From IMG/VR virus record IMGVR_UViG_3300020045_008999, positions 288,001-352,000 of that record: a stretch of DNA of 64,000 nucleotides; one strand, written 5' to 3'. Below the pieces are notes generated by a model. That model was not told where the DNA came from and ran no database searches. It was given only the letters and a program-made list of their open reading frames with translations. The position numbers were made by a program, and so were the translations under genes. How positions within the stretch are numbered: position 1 is the stretch's first letter; the number at the start of each line of letters is the position of its first letter. Source of the DNA: a virus (lineage: Duplodnaviria > Heunggongvirae > Uroviricota > Caudoviricetes). Positions 39,973 through 49,588 of this stretch are shown piece after piece.

Positions 39973-40889
39973 CAACATCTAGTAATTAATCCTTGATCAT
40001 ATTTTGTGAGAAAGTTTTCAACATATGTATTGTTATAAAGGTGTATAATCTCATAATAGTTATTAGTTGCATAAGATCTAAACCAACCGCCGCATAATGT
40101 TGTACAAACACGGCCTAATGCCCATTCAAAGGCTTCTTCGGACGTTATAAATGCATTGCCACCAAATAGCATAGGTAAAATTTTACGTTCCAATGCAATG
40201 ACGTAACATTCTTCTAAAACACATTGTTTTTTCTGTAATTCACTAAATTCGTTCCACATCTTTTCACTACACATAGCACTACTTGGATCTGGTTGCATCA
40301 ATTCATAAATTGGTCGCTCGTTATGTGCCACCATTCTATGTATATGATCGTGTATGAAATAAGAAGTAATAAATCCATTTGACTGACCAAAGAATTTTTT
40401 TGCTGATTTATTTAATTTTGGTGTTTTCAATTCCCCTAATCTATTTTCAGTTTCTTTAAAATTCATTTGGGTAATGGTTTCCAATCGATCGTTTCCATCT
40501 AATTGCTTATGTAAAATTGTATAAGATGAAATATGTTTACCAAATTTAATTGGGAAATTAATATGAGATTTTTTAAGTGAATATAATACCTCGTTTGGTG
40601 CGGTCACTAATTCGGTTAAAACTGATTCAGCTCCGGTAACATATTTGTAATATTCGCGCAATGCTGGCGAATTATCCATTAAGAAAACTTCAACATTTGA
40701 TCGATCAAATGTTGAAGTTCTTTCAATGCCAATTAAGCATACTGAGTACTTATTAGCTCTAATCGAGCTTGGTTTTAGATTATGTGTTAAAAATTCAACA
40801 GATTCTAATGAGCCAATTATGTCAACGTCTTTATAATCTAAATCGAGACCGGTATTTTGTATGAATGCTTTTGATCCTACTAATAACAT
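39972..40889 (-). CDS. Nucleotidyltransferase-like phage protein
   Basis: N-terminal LLVGSKA...DVDII (GS...DxD); conserved-looking KKSH, HDHIH and EE.YVIALER motifs. Confidence 0.55.
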   Translation of the reverse strand: MLLVGSKAFIQNTGLDLDYKDVDIIGSLESVEFLTHNLKPSSIRANKYSVCLIGIERTSTFDRSNVEVFLMDNSPALREYYKYVTGAESVLTELVTAPNEVLYSLKKSHINFPIKFGKHISSYTILHKQLDGNDRLETITQMNFKETENRLGELKTPKLNKSAKKFFGQSNGFITSYFIHDHIHRMVAHNERPIYELMQPDPSSAMCSEKMWNEFSELQKKQCVLEECYVIALERKILPMLFGGNAFITSEEAFEWALGRVCTTLCGGWFRSYATNNYYEIIHLYNNTYVENFLTKYDQGLITRC

Positions 40890-40892
40890 AAA

Positions 40893-41201
40893 CTAGTTTT
40901 CAGTATTAAAGTATGTATCGTCGTCTTCACTATTTTCATCATCTTCATCATATGAATATGAATCATCATCTTCATCATATTCGTCTTCTAATTCACCATC
41001 ATATGATGTAATTTCATCAAATTTTGATTCTCTGGTATCAATCATTAGTTTTTGTTTATCGATACTGATACTTAGTCCCAATCCAGCGGCTTTGGCCTCA
41101 TTAACCAATGAATCAATTTCCCCATCAGCATCTACTTTGTTACTAATTCGGTATCTAGACAATATGTCTGATAATCTTGTGTAAAATTCTACTATAGTCA
41201 T
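40893..41201 (-). CDS. Hypothetical protein with highly acidic C-terminal tail
   Basis: D/E/Y-rich last 35 residues. Confidence 0.55.
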   Translation of the reverse strand: MTIVEFYTRLSDILSRYRISNKVDADGEIDSLVNEAKAAGLGLSISIDKQKLMIDTRESKFDEITSYDGELEDEYDEDDDSYSYDEDDENSEDDDTYFNTEN

Positions 41202-41203
41202 TT

Positions 41204-41413
41204 TTATTTAAGTATTTCGTTTATTGCTATTGTTCTATATTCAGCGGCACTCATAAATCGTGAATTTGAAAAATCGTTTTCATATCCATCATCCGCGATT
41301 ATACAAAACGATGAATACGACTCGTTTTCTACCAATGTATACCGTTTTCCGATAGTTAAATAATCGGTCGCTCTTGTATTTATAATACAAAAAACATCTT
41401 GTCCTTTTTTCAT
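41204..41413 (-). CDS. Small SH3-like hypothetical protein (paralogue of 26492-26731)
   Basis: VFCI...LTIGKRY...I.ADDG...RF.S..EYR..AI.EILK. Confidence 0.6.
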   Translation of the reverse strand: MKKGQDVFCIINTRATDYLTIGKRYTLVENESYSSFCIIADDGYENDFSNSRFMSAAEYRTIAINEILK

Positions 41414-41431
41414 TTATTTTTAAATTATTTA

Positions 41432-41914
41432 TTAATTTGTTATGATTATTTCTTTGGCAAGTAATTGCCGCTTACCCTTATACTTGATAATTTTAAATTT
41501 GTTGTATAAATCTAAAATAAAATTGTTATCTTCATATGATAATACGAATTTGCCCTTGATGTTACTTAAAATTTCAAATAATTCAGTATGTAGATCAACG
41601 CTGTGAGTTATCCCATATACATACTCTTTTTTAAAGTATGGTGGATCTACATAAAAAACTGTATTTTTCGAATCATATTTCTGAATAACTTCAACATAAT
41701 CTAGATGTAGCTCTACATCCGCTTTTATACTTATGCCATCATAGTGATGTATATCATTATACACTACAAATTTTGGCTCTACTTCTAAATAGTTTCGAAC
41801 CGCAAAAGATCCACCAAATGGTTCTACATAAATAAAATCTTCCATATTAGATGGAAGATTTTCTTTTATCAGTTCTTCAAAAATTGCTTTTGTTTTTTTA
41901 CCTGGAATATACAT
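41432..41914 (-). CDS. Compact Dam-like (D12-class) N6-adenine methyltransferase lacking the target-recognition domain
   Basis: YIPGKK, VEPFGGS, YNDI, FYVDPPY, FVLSY and KEIII motifs in only 160 aa. Confidence 0.75.
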   Translation of the reverse strand: MYIPGKKTKAIFEELIKENLPSNMEDFIYVEPFGGSFAVRNYLEVEPKFVVYNDIHHYDGISIKADVELHLDYVEVIQKYDSKNTVFYVDPPYFKKEYVYGITHSVDLHTELFEILSNIKGKFVLSYEDNNFILDLYNKFKIIKYKGKRQLLAKEIIITN

Positions 41915-41915
41915 A

Positions 41916-42641
41916 TTATTTAATTTTCAATAATCCATCAATAATTGTCGAGTAGTGTTCTATTTCATCCTTGGCAGTCATGAAAAATTTACCATCTTTA
42001 TAAATTCGATAATTTATATCGGTAACTATTTCAATATTTGAATTTGTTATTTTAAGTTTACAGTGTTTTAAATATGATTTAAATCCCTCAACCTCTTCTC
42101 TAAGTGCATTATCTTCATAGGTTCCTTTTAGTACACATCTTTGGAAACATTCATTGAACATACGTAAATATATCAATCCTTCCGATGCAACCGCCTCATT
42201 AAGTCGTTCGGGTGGAAAATTTTCATTTAAAAACACTGAGTATCCCAAATTACCATCAACATCAATAAATGAATCGTCATAAGCAGCCATCATTTCGTCT
42301 CTTTGTTCAGCGGTTAGATCTTCGGTATCAGCAATATCATTATCATATTTATAATTATCTTCTACTTCACCCATATCAGATATTCGTGTTTTCAAAATAC
42401 ATCTATATTCAACTAATTTATTTTCATTTCCTATTGGGGAAATTGGGGAATATCCCCTAGCTCGATCGGCTTCAATTATTAAATTGTTTTCTAGAAGAAA
42501 TTCTAAAACTTGTGCACCTAGTGATAGATTAACATCACCAATCATACCATTTCCAGTATTTTGACCGGACCAATTTGAACCTAGTTCCGAATGTTTTTTA
42601 TACTGTATTGACACTTCATTTATGGGTTTAATATGTTTCAT
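41916..42641 (-). CDS. Hypothetical protein, candidate internal head protein
   Basis: N-terminal MKHIKPINE; late motif 42662-42670. Confidence 0.6.
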   Translation of the reverse strand: MKHIKPINEVSIQYKKHSELGSNWSGQNTGNGMIGDVNLSLGAQVLEFLLENNLIIEADRARGYSPISPIGNENKLVEYRCILKTRISDMGEVEDNYKYDNDIADTEDLTAEQRDEMMAAYDDSFIDVDGNLGYSVFLNENFPPERLNEAVASEGLIYLRMFNECFQRCVLKGTYEDNALREEVEGFKSYLKHCKLKITNSNIEIVTDINYRIYKDGKFFMTAKDEIEHYSTIIDGLLKIK

Positions 42642-42674
42642 TAGGTATATTGATTTTTCAGTATATATTAATTA

Positions 42675-42911
42675 TTAAGATTCGGATTCGGTCTCACCTA
42701 TTAATTCCCGAATTGTTTGTATTCGGTGCTCAATCAATGTAATAAACCGAGCACCGGTACTAGCAACATGTAGTTGTTGATTATTATCAGGTATGATTAC
42801 AACATAACCGCCCCAAGAGTGATTCATTACTAAATATTTTCCACCCGGGTGTATTACTGCCTCATACCCAGAAGCATTTGCACATACCATAATTTGCCAG
42901 TCCTTTGTCAT
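42675..42911 (-). CDS. Small SH3-like hypothetical protein (paralogue family)
   Basis: MVCAN...I.PGGKY...I.PDN...RF.TL.EHR...I.ELI; TATATTTG at 42916-42923 places the start at ATG 42911. Confidence 0.5.
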   Translation of the reverse strand: MTKDWQIMVCANASGYEAVIHPGGKYLVMNHSWGGYVVIIPDNNQQLHVASTGARFITLIEHRIQTIRELIGETESES

Positions 42912-42980
42912 ATTGCAAATATACATTAAATATTATTTCCCACTATGCAAACTTTATGTTTTTTATTAGATATAATTGCC

Positions 42981-44156
42981 ATGGATAAAGAATACATAAA
43001 ATCACTGATACAAGACGTACTGAATAAAGAATTCACATCTACTGAAAGAAGACGAATCAATGAATATCCGGATAGGCTAAATATGTGTTGTTTCATTTGC
43101 CAAGATTCTAAGGATGATCGTAAAAAAAGAGGTAATTTATATTTTGACACACTTAAATATATTTGCTATAATGACGGGTGTTCATCTAATTTAGATTCAG
43201 TATGTAAAAAATTCAATGTATCAATCGACCCATCTAAAAAAATGGAAATGATTGACCATTTGAATGCTAATATAACTTATGAGGTATATGAAAATAGTCT
43301 TCTGGAAGCTAAATTTGATGACCTACTCGATATTAATGATCTAGTGAATGCCTTTGAAAAATATGATAATAACATAACCAATCTAACACCAGTTATCCCT
43401 GGGGGGTTGGTTGATATTTATCTGGAGAAAAGAGGTATTTGTGGTGATTTATTGAAAAATATATGGCAAGCTAAATATTGGATAAGTGAAGATCGTTATG
43501 ATAATATCATTTGTTTAATGAACAAAGGGGGTGATAAAATACTAAGCATGCAAGTTCGTAATTTAAAAGAGGGAAAGAATCGTATGTTTAAGATATTCAA
43601 CTACGAAACATTGTATAAGTGGATTCATAATATAGATGAAATTGTTGATATTGATATGGAAAAATTAACACTATATAATAAGTTGGGATATTACTTCAAT
43701 ATTATGAATGTCGATTTTGAAAAAACGGTTACCATATTCGAGGGATATTTAGACTCACTTTTTTACCCAAATTCATTGGGTGTCGTAGGAACCAATACGG
43801 ATATGCGTTTTTTAGAATCGAATAATTTACCGCTGCAATATTTATATGATAATGATTACGCCGGCTTTAAAAAAGCCGAAGAAAAAATGAAAGCTGGGTT
43901 CAAAGTTTTTCTCTGGCAAAAATTATTTGATGATATTGTCAGTAAGAAAAAGGCATCCGACCCATACCAGTTAATGTATCGTATTAGTAAAGTGAAAGAT
44001 TTAAATGCATTGGCGATTTTAGTCAATAATCCTTACAAAACACTTTCAATGAATTCTTTTTTCTCAAACGATGTGTATGATATGGCATATATCCCAAAAA
44101 AGAAATTTATAAAGAGAATTCCATTGAAAAATATATCAGGGGTGAAAAAATATTAA
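42981..44156 (+). CDS. DNA primase (T4 gp61-like)
   Basis: Zn-finger CFICQDS...RGN.Y...CYN..C; YLEKRGI; TOPRIM FEGYLDS and YDND; promoter AAAC-N18-TATAAT at 42949-42976. Confidence 0.85.
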   Translation: MDKEYIKSLIQDVLNKEFTSTERRRINEYPDRLNMCCFICQDSKDDRKKRGNLYFDTLKYICYNDGCSSNLDSVCKKFNVSIDPSKKMEMIDHLNANITYEVYENSLLEAKFDDLLDINDLVNAFEKYDNNITNLTPVIPGGLVDIYLEKRGICGDLLKNIWQAKYWISEDRYDNIICLMNKGGDKILSMQVRNLKEGKNRMFKIFNYETLYKWIHNIDEIVDIDMEKLTLYNKLGYYFNIMNVDFEKTVTIFEGYLDSLFYPNSLGVVGTNTDMRFLESNNLPLQYLYDNDYAGFKKAEEKMKAGFKVFLWQKLFDDIVSKKKASDPYQLMYRISKVKDLNALAILVNNPYKTLSMNSFFSNDVYDMAYIPKKKFIKRIPLKNISGVKKY

Positions 44157-44225
44157 TTTTTAGTTTTTATGTAAACTAAAACAAAGTTTTTGTATATAAA
44201 GATAAATAAAAAATAATTAAATACA

Positions 44226-44396
44226 ATGAAACAAGAATTATATGAACAATTAGCAACTTTGTGGGCCCAATTTGATGCAGCACACAATAGTACAAAGAAA
44301 AAAGATGCGGCAGAAGCAAGAAAAGCATTAGGTGAAATTAAAAAATTGGTTACCGCATACCGAGCGGCATCTACCGAAGAAGCAAAAGCTAAATAA
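44226..44396 (+). CDS. Histone H1-like (Hc1-type) small DNA-binding protein, 56 aa
   Basis: Below the ORF-track cutoff. MKQELYEQLATLWAQFDAAHNSTKKKDAAEARKALGEIKKLVTAYRAASTEEAKAK; the KxAxxxARK...KK....R..S pattern matches Bacteroidota Hc1-like proteins; has its own promoter at 44173-44200. Confidence 0.7.
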   Translation: MKQELYEQLATLWAQFDAAHNSTKKKDAAEARKALGEIKKLVTAYRAASTEEAKAK

Positions 44397-44414
44397 TAAT
44401 AATAATAATAATAA
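44394..44414 (+). repeat. (TAA)7 microsatellite, i.e. seven in-frame stop codons
   Basis: taataataataataataataa immediately ends the Hc1-like gene. Confidence 0.85.
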
Positions 44415-44425
44415 AAAGTAAAAAT

Positions 44426-44451
44426 AAAAACCCTACATATCGTGGGGTTTT
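44426..44451 (+). terminator. Intrinsic terminator
   Basis: aaaaccctac-atatc-gtggggtttt hairpin. Confidence 0.6.
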
Positions 44452-44471
44452 CTCACATAAATAATAGATAT

Positions 44472-45185
44472 ATGAAATACATGGGTAGCAAAAATAGAAT
44501 TGCAAAAGAGCTATTGGCAATTATTTTAAAAGATCGATTACCAGAACAATATTATGTAGAGCCAATGGTAGGTGGTGCTAATGTAATTGATAAAGTAACC
44601 GGTAACCGGATAGGATCAGATAAGAATAAATACTTAATTGCTCTATGGAAAGGACTTCAAGAAAATCGAGATCAATTAAACACAATTCCAAAAAATATTT
44701 ACGACGAAGCTAGAACCGAATTTAATAATAGTACGAATATCAAATATGATGATTTTGAGATTGGTTGGATCGGGTTTATGGCATCATTTAATGGACGTTT
44801 TTTTGACGGCGGATATAATGGAAATTATACAAAACGAAATTACACAAAAGAAAGTATAGATAATATTTCAAAACAATTGAATGATATTGTAGGAATTGAA
44901 TTTATTCATGGTGATTATGACCAATTGATTATTCCAGATAATAGTATTATTTATTGTGATATTCCATACGAGAACACTAAACAATATTCAACATCCGCAA
45001 ATTTCGATTATTCCAAATTTTGGCAATGGTGTAGAGTAATGTCACAGAGTGGACATTCAGTTTTTATTTCAGAATATGTGGCCCCGAGTGATTTTCAATG
45101 TATATGGAGTAAATCGATTACAAATTCTATGAATACATCAAAAACCACTAAACCAGTTGAAAAATTATTCAAATATATCGGTTGA
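44472..45185 (+). CDS. D12-class N6-adenine DNA methyltransferase
   Basis: MKYMGSK, VEPMVGG, YCDIPY (DPPY variant), VFISEY and EKLF. Confidence 0.8.
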   Translation: MKYMGSKNRIAKELLAIILKDRLPEQYYVEPMVGGANVIDKVTGNRIGSDKNKYLIALWKGLQENRDQLNTIPKNIYDEARTEFNNSTNIKYDDFEIGWIGFMASFNGRFFDGGYNGNYTKRNYTKESIDNISKQLNDIVGIEFIHGDYDQLIIPDNSIIYCDIPYENTKQYSTSANFDYSKFWQWCRVMSQSGHSVFISEYVAPSDFQCIWSKSITNSMNTSKTTKPVEKLFKYIG

Positions 45186-45266
45186 TCTATTAATTATACT
45201 AATTAGAAATTATATTAAACTTTTGTTCTATTCTAATGTATAATAGAACAAAAAATTATCACTTAA

Positions 45267-46724
45267 ATGGAAAAGTCAGAAAAGTTAAAGAAAATAGCAG
45301 AATTAAAAGAAAAAGCTGTCATGGTTCGACGCGAAGTTGATTATTACAATGCACTACAATTATCACTTAAATTAATATTGAACGGATCATATGGTGCTCT
45401 TGCTGCTAAATATTTCGTACTTTTCAATGAATATGTAGCAGGTACCATTACTGCTGAGGGGCGTGAACTAACCAAGACAATGGATAGAGATAATGAAGAT
45501 TATTGGTTTACTCAATGGCATACTGATAAGGAAACTCATCGTAAATTGTGTATAAAAAATGTGACACAAATTGCGGACACTCAAAATGTCAGTATCTATG
45601 CGGATACGGATTCCCTTTTTGTGTCGATGAAACCGGCCATTGATCATTGTGATTGGCAAAATTTAATGATTAATACTGACCAATTAAATAAAATGTCTAA
45701 ACCATTCATAGTGATATATGGTAGTGATAAAGTACAATTTGAAAACACAAATTGTATTGACACGATGCATATAAGTGATTATCAGGATAAGATTTTATTC
45801 AAAGATGCTATTACAGAATTATTAGATAACAATCTTGGTGTAAACATCATAGTTGATGGTAAATGGATAGCTGATAGGGATTTATATCCAGCTATTACAA
45901 AATACCCTAATATTTTTTGGAATTGGACATGTGAATTAGATTTTATGCATGGTATTGATATTTTTAAATATGGTCAATATTTCAAAGATTGTTTAGAAAG
46001 ACATGCTGCAACATATGGTGTTCCAAATGTACAAGATTTTGAAATGGAACGTATATCGGAATCAATGATTAGTATTGCCAAGAAAAAATACATATCGCAT
46101 ATTCTTTATGAAGATGGTATTCCATACGATAGAATGTCATATCTATACCCAAAGGGTGTTGAATTGGTACGTCGTAGTACACCATTGTTTGCTAGGGAAA
46201 AAATACCAGTAATTGTTGAGTATTTGTTCAATGATCCGGATAAATTCAATATTAGAGATTTAATGAAGCTGGTAAAGGACCTCAAGAAACAATTCGACAT
46301 GTGTGTACCTGATAAAATAGACGATATATCTATGCAATCATCTTGTTCGAAATATAAAGAAAAAGTTCTATCAGATAAAGGAAAACTTGAATTCGTATCC
46401 GGTGCGCACTTTGCGGTTAAAGCCAGTGCATATCATAATTTTCTATTAAATAAAAACACTGCATTGTTAGGAAAATATGAACATGTAAAATCTGGTGATA
46501 AAATAAAATATTACTATTGTAAGAATAAAGAGGTGAATGGTATTTTCGCTTACAGCAGGGGCTCTTATCCGATCGAATTTGCACCAGACATAGATTTGGA
46601 CATGCAATTCATGAAGTCTATTCTATCCCCTATAAATTCCATTATAAAGCCGCTAGGACTTCCAGCTATTACAGAGCGATTAAGTGTGGTTATGGATATA
46701 TTTGGTGGCGGTATTAAGTTTTAA
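45267..46724 (+). CDS. Family B DNA polymerase, C-terminal subunit only (fingers-palm-thumb)
   Basis: KLILNGSYG (motif B), YADTDSLFV (motif C), KKKY, KGVELVR.STP and GDKIKY. No exonuclease motifs and no motif A (DxxSLYPS). Own promoter at 45217-45244. Confidence 0.85.
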   Translation: MEKSEKLKKIAELKEKAVMVRREVDYYNALQLSLKLILNGSYGALAAKYFVLFNEYVAGTITAEGRELTKTMDRDNEDYWFTQWHTDKETHRKLCIKNVTQIADTQNVSIYADTDSLFVSMKPAIDHCDWQNLMINTDQLNKMSKPFIVIYGSDKVQFENTNCIDTMHISDYQDKILFKDAITELLDNNLGVNIIVDGKWIADRDLYPAITKYPNIFWNWTCELDFMHGIDIFKYGQYFKDCLERHAATYGVPNVQDFEMERISESMISIAKKKYISHILYEDGIPYDRMSYLYPKGVELVRRSTPLFAREKIPVIVEYLFNDPDKFNIRDLMKLVKDLKKQFDMCVPDKIDDISMQSSCSKYKEKVLSDKGKLEFVSGAHFAVKASAYHNFLLNKNTALLGKYEHVKSGDKIKYYYCKNKEVNGIFAYSRGSYPIEFAPDIDLDMQFMKSILSPINSIIKPLGLPAITERLSVVMDIFGGGIKF

Positions 46725-46767
46725 TCTAATAATTTTAATATATAGTTAAAACTTAATATTCAACCGT

Positions 46768-47094
46768 ATGAAAATCACCAGATTTGCTTTTTTCGACATA
46801 TTGCAGGAAAATATTGATTCAGTTGAATCGGCTAATATTGACTCGAGTCACACCGAACCAAATATAGAAGCCCAAGTAATTAAATCAGATAGTGTAGAAC
46901 CACAAGCGACAGCGGATCAATCCGGCGATAATAGTTTAGAAGACCTTTCAAAAGCATTGGGTGTTCCAATTGAGAATAATACCATTAAATATAGAGGGAA
47001 AAGAATTAATTACTTCTCAGAATCAGATACATTCGACGTAAATGGTGAGAAATTTAATGATGTTGGTGAAATATTGAAATATTTAAAAAAATAA
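46768..47094 (+). CDS. Hypothetical protein, candidate internal head protein
   Basis: MKITRFAFFDILQEN; late motif 46736-46744. Confidence 0.55.
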   Translation: MKITRFAFFDILQENIDSVESANIDSSHTEPNIEAQVIKSDSVEPQATADQSGDNSLEDLSKALGVPIENNTIKYRGKRINYFSESDTFDVNGEKFNDVGEILKYLKK

Positions 47095-47095
47095 A

Positions 47096-47124
47096 AAAAA
47101 GTGGAAGATAATCTTCCACTTTTT
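47096..47124. terminator. Bidirectional intrinsic terminator
   Basis: aaaaagtggaaga-taa-tcttccactttt. Confidence 0.8.
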
Positions 47125-47456
47125 TATTTTCCCGTTTTGTCATCGGTACTGGTATCTGGTCCCAGTTCGAATTTCCCACTTTCGATTTTTGTTTTATCTG
47201 ATGCGTTTTTAAGACCTAATATTACAAGATGATGTGAAAGTATAAGTGCAAATACACCAATGTGTTCAACCGGTATAACATATGGTAAGTCTTTCGACCA
47301 GTTTATATAAGCATTAATTACATCGATACATAGATACACTATGGTTGTTGATAGTATAGATCCTAATATAAAATAGGATGAAATCTTTGTATGAGAGTAA
47401 TTTTTAGTCAAATCTTTGGTTGACTCTTTAAGGAAATCTAATAATTGTATAATCAT
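47124..47456 (-). CDS. Small two-TM membrane protein, holin candidate
   Basis: Two hydrophobic helices and a charged C-terminal tail; late motif 47479-47487. Confidence 0.45.
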   Translation of the reverse strand: MIIQLLDFLKESTKDLTKNYSHTKISSYFILGSILSTTIVYLCIDVINAYINWSKDLPYVIPVEHIGVFALILSHHLVILGLKNASDKTKIESGKFELGPDTSTDDKTGK

Positions 47457-47521
47457 AATTTTGAGTGGTTTGTTTTCATATATATTAATATAGGGAACTA
47501 CTTTTTTAATATATATTTTTA

Positions 47522-47998
47522 ATGATTAAAGAATTTAAAGATATATTTAAAATCCGTCATATGGGTTTTGAACATTACATCGCTATTGATTATTGTTTAT
47601 ATAAATATGCAAAAATACTCATCTGGCTATTAGTATTATTCAACAGGCGTTATAAATTGTGTGAAATTTATAGACATAAATATAAAAGTGATCGCAATAT
47701 AGTAATTGTTGGTTTGCGATGGAACGGTAGAAATGTGAAAAGACGCACGTCCGGATTTGCAAAGGAATTTATCAGCCGGCACCGAAATTCAATATGTATA
47801 TATTGTAATTGTAAGCTTAACATAGTAAATGCTACAGCGGACCATATCGTACCAATCAGTAAAGGGGGTAACAACTGCCAAGCAAATTTAATGGTATGTT
47901 GCACCGATTGTAATTCTGAACGGGGTAATATGAGTTTCAAGAAATTTATTCGATTGAAAAATAAACTTTATAGGTATAAAAAGGATATATTCATATGA
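47522..47998 (+). CDS. HNH endonuclease
   Basis: CIYC...TADHIVPISKGG...NLMVCCTDCN..RG. Confidence 0.85.
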   Translation: MIKEFKDIFKIRHMGFEHYIAIDYCLYKYAKILIWLLVLFNRRYKLCEIYRHKYKSDRNIVIVGLRWNGRNVKRRTSGFAKEFISRHRNSICIYCNCKLNIVNATADHIVPISKGGNNCQANLMVCCTDCNSERGNMSFKKFIRLKNKLYRYKKDIFI

Positions 47999-48354
47999 GA
48001 AATATTTATAATTTAATAAAAGGTGTTGTTATACCGATTGAATCATTTCACATGGATGAAGCAACTTCTAAAATTTATATTAAAATTGATATTTGTTTAG
48101 GCGATTTTATGTTTACATATGATCTGTTTGATTTTGATTATATCAATCGCTGCGGAATTATCATTTATGCCAATTCAGTTTATTATCATTTCATAATTTC
48201 TACGTTAAATGACATCGAAGTAATTGGGAATATAACATCCATAACAATGATTGGTTCAGGTCAGATGTTTTGTAGTGAATTACCACATTGGGTAGTGGAA
48301 GATATTAGAGTTTATAACCGAACTAAAGCTATACAATCTATTCTATCTTTATAA
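47995..48354 (+). CDS. Hypothetical protein with C-terminal RxxxIxxIL motif
   Basis: Coupled to the HNH gene (ATGA overlap); ends YNRTKAIQSILSL. Confidence 0.5.
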   Translation: MRNIYNLIKGVVIPIESFHMDEATSKIYIKIDICLGDFMFTYDLFDFDYINRCGIIIYANSVYYHFIISTLNDIEVIGNITSITMIGSGQMFCSELPHWVVEDIRVYNRTKAIQSILSL

Positions 48355-48703
48355 CAAATTTATATATTGTTCTAATGCTAATGTATTTAGCTATATTAAT
48401 ATGATTTGGTAATACATTAGTCAATGCATCAATAGTATATTTGACATATTCTGGTGGATCGCGTTCTTTTTGCTTCAGAGAAATTGTCATTTGATAGCCC
48501 GAACAATATTGCATTATCACAATTTCTGATATAGATTCGATATATTCTAAATATTCCTCAATTCCAGATTCCTTAATATAATTACACACCGCATCATAAA
48601 TGCGATCTACCTCCGCAATAGATGGTGCTGGGCGTGTGAATGTTATTTTTATTCGATCACCATTTAATAAATAATTTCGCTGAATTTTGCTATAATATAA
48701 CAT
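48338..48703 (-). CDS. Hypothetical early protein
   Basis: TATCTTTG host-type element at 48727-48734 (minus strand). Confidence 0.55.
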   Translation of the reverse strand: MLYYSKIQRNYLLNGDRIKITFTRPAPSIAEVDRIYDAVCNYIKESGIEEYLEYIESISEIVIMQYCSGYQMTISLKQKERDPPEYVKYTIDALTNVLPNHINIAKYISIRTIYKFVIKIE

Positions 48704-48748
48704 ATTAAAAAATTAAAAACACTATGCAAAGATAGTGTTTATTTTTTA

Positions 48749-49516
48749 TTAATCATCCCAAGATTGTTCATATGACAACATTAAATTGGATATATCATCT
48801 TTAATTAAGACAAATGTGTCGTATATGTAAAATACGATATCTTCTTTACTATCGTCTATATTTGATAGATATTTTTTCAAAAAAGTTAGATTATGGTATT
48901 CCAAGTCTTCCGAGGTACCTACCGTAAGTTCCCATTTAGATGGTTCGGAGAATAATACTGATCCCTCGTTAATGTTGATGTCAAGTATTTTATCTTCCGA
49001 ATAAATACTTGATAATTTTTTAATATTGACAAAATCATCTTTATGAACTAAAAAGTTCCAACTGGCTAAATCCGGATCTAGATTTGCTTCTAATACAGAA
49101 TAAGTCATATCACGTATTTTATATAATTCGCCACCAATGCATGAGATTTTAAGTTTTCCGCTAGTGAACATTCCAGATCTAACGTGAAGGCATCCATTAT
49201 CGATTCGGAATAAAACATCTAATTTTACTTCTTCACCACAAGATAGAATGTTTAAACTTTTCACTACCTTTGGTGCATTTAATATCACATAGTCCAGTGG
49301 CATATCTTTATCATATACGATATAGTCGGATGTTACTAAACCATAACTTTTTAAGGCGGTTACAGTAGAATCCTTTGCGATCATTGTATACATTAGTATA
49401 TTTTCTCGGTCTATTTTTAGCTTAACCGTAGGATCAATGCTTGCTAAATCTTTTAATTTGGTTAGAAAGTCAGCAAAAGCTTCCCCTGTAAATTTGAATG
49501 TTAATTTATTCGACAT
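48749..49516 (-). CDS. Putative sliding clamp (T4 gp45-like)
   Basis: 255 aa with two repeats of a helix plus beta-strand pattern (LKDLASID / IKKLSSIY); AAAC-N18-TATACT promoter as for other replication genes. Confidence 0.55.
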   Translation of the reverse strand: MSNKLTFKFTGEAFADFLTKLKDLASIDPTVKLKIDRENILMYTMIAKDSTVTALKSYGLVTSDYIVYDKDMPLDYVILNAPKVVKSLNILSCGEEVKLDVLFRIDNGCLHVRSGMFTSGKLKISCIGGELYKIRDMTYSVLEANLDPDLASWNFLVHKDDFVNIKKLSSIYSEDKILDININEGSVLFSEPSKWELTVGTSEDLEYHNLTFLKKYLSNIDDSKEDIVFYIYDTFVLIKDDISNLMLSYEQSWDD

Positions 49517-49588
49517 AGTAATTGTATCATGTTATAATCAGTATACCGAATTATAACTATTTTGTTTGGATAAAATTAGATAAAAATT

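Noticed and set aside
45650-45930. Intein or intron in the polymerase
   Set aside because: No His-Asn/Cys-Ser-Thr splice junction, no homing-endonuclease motif, and the frame is uninterrupted.
41432-47998. Methyltransferases plus HNH as a restriction-modification system
   Set aside because: The genes are unlinked and under different promoter classes; orphan MTases and free-standing HNH genes are common in large phages.
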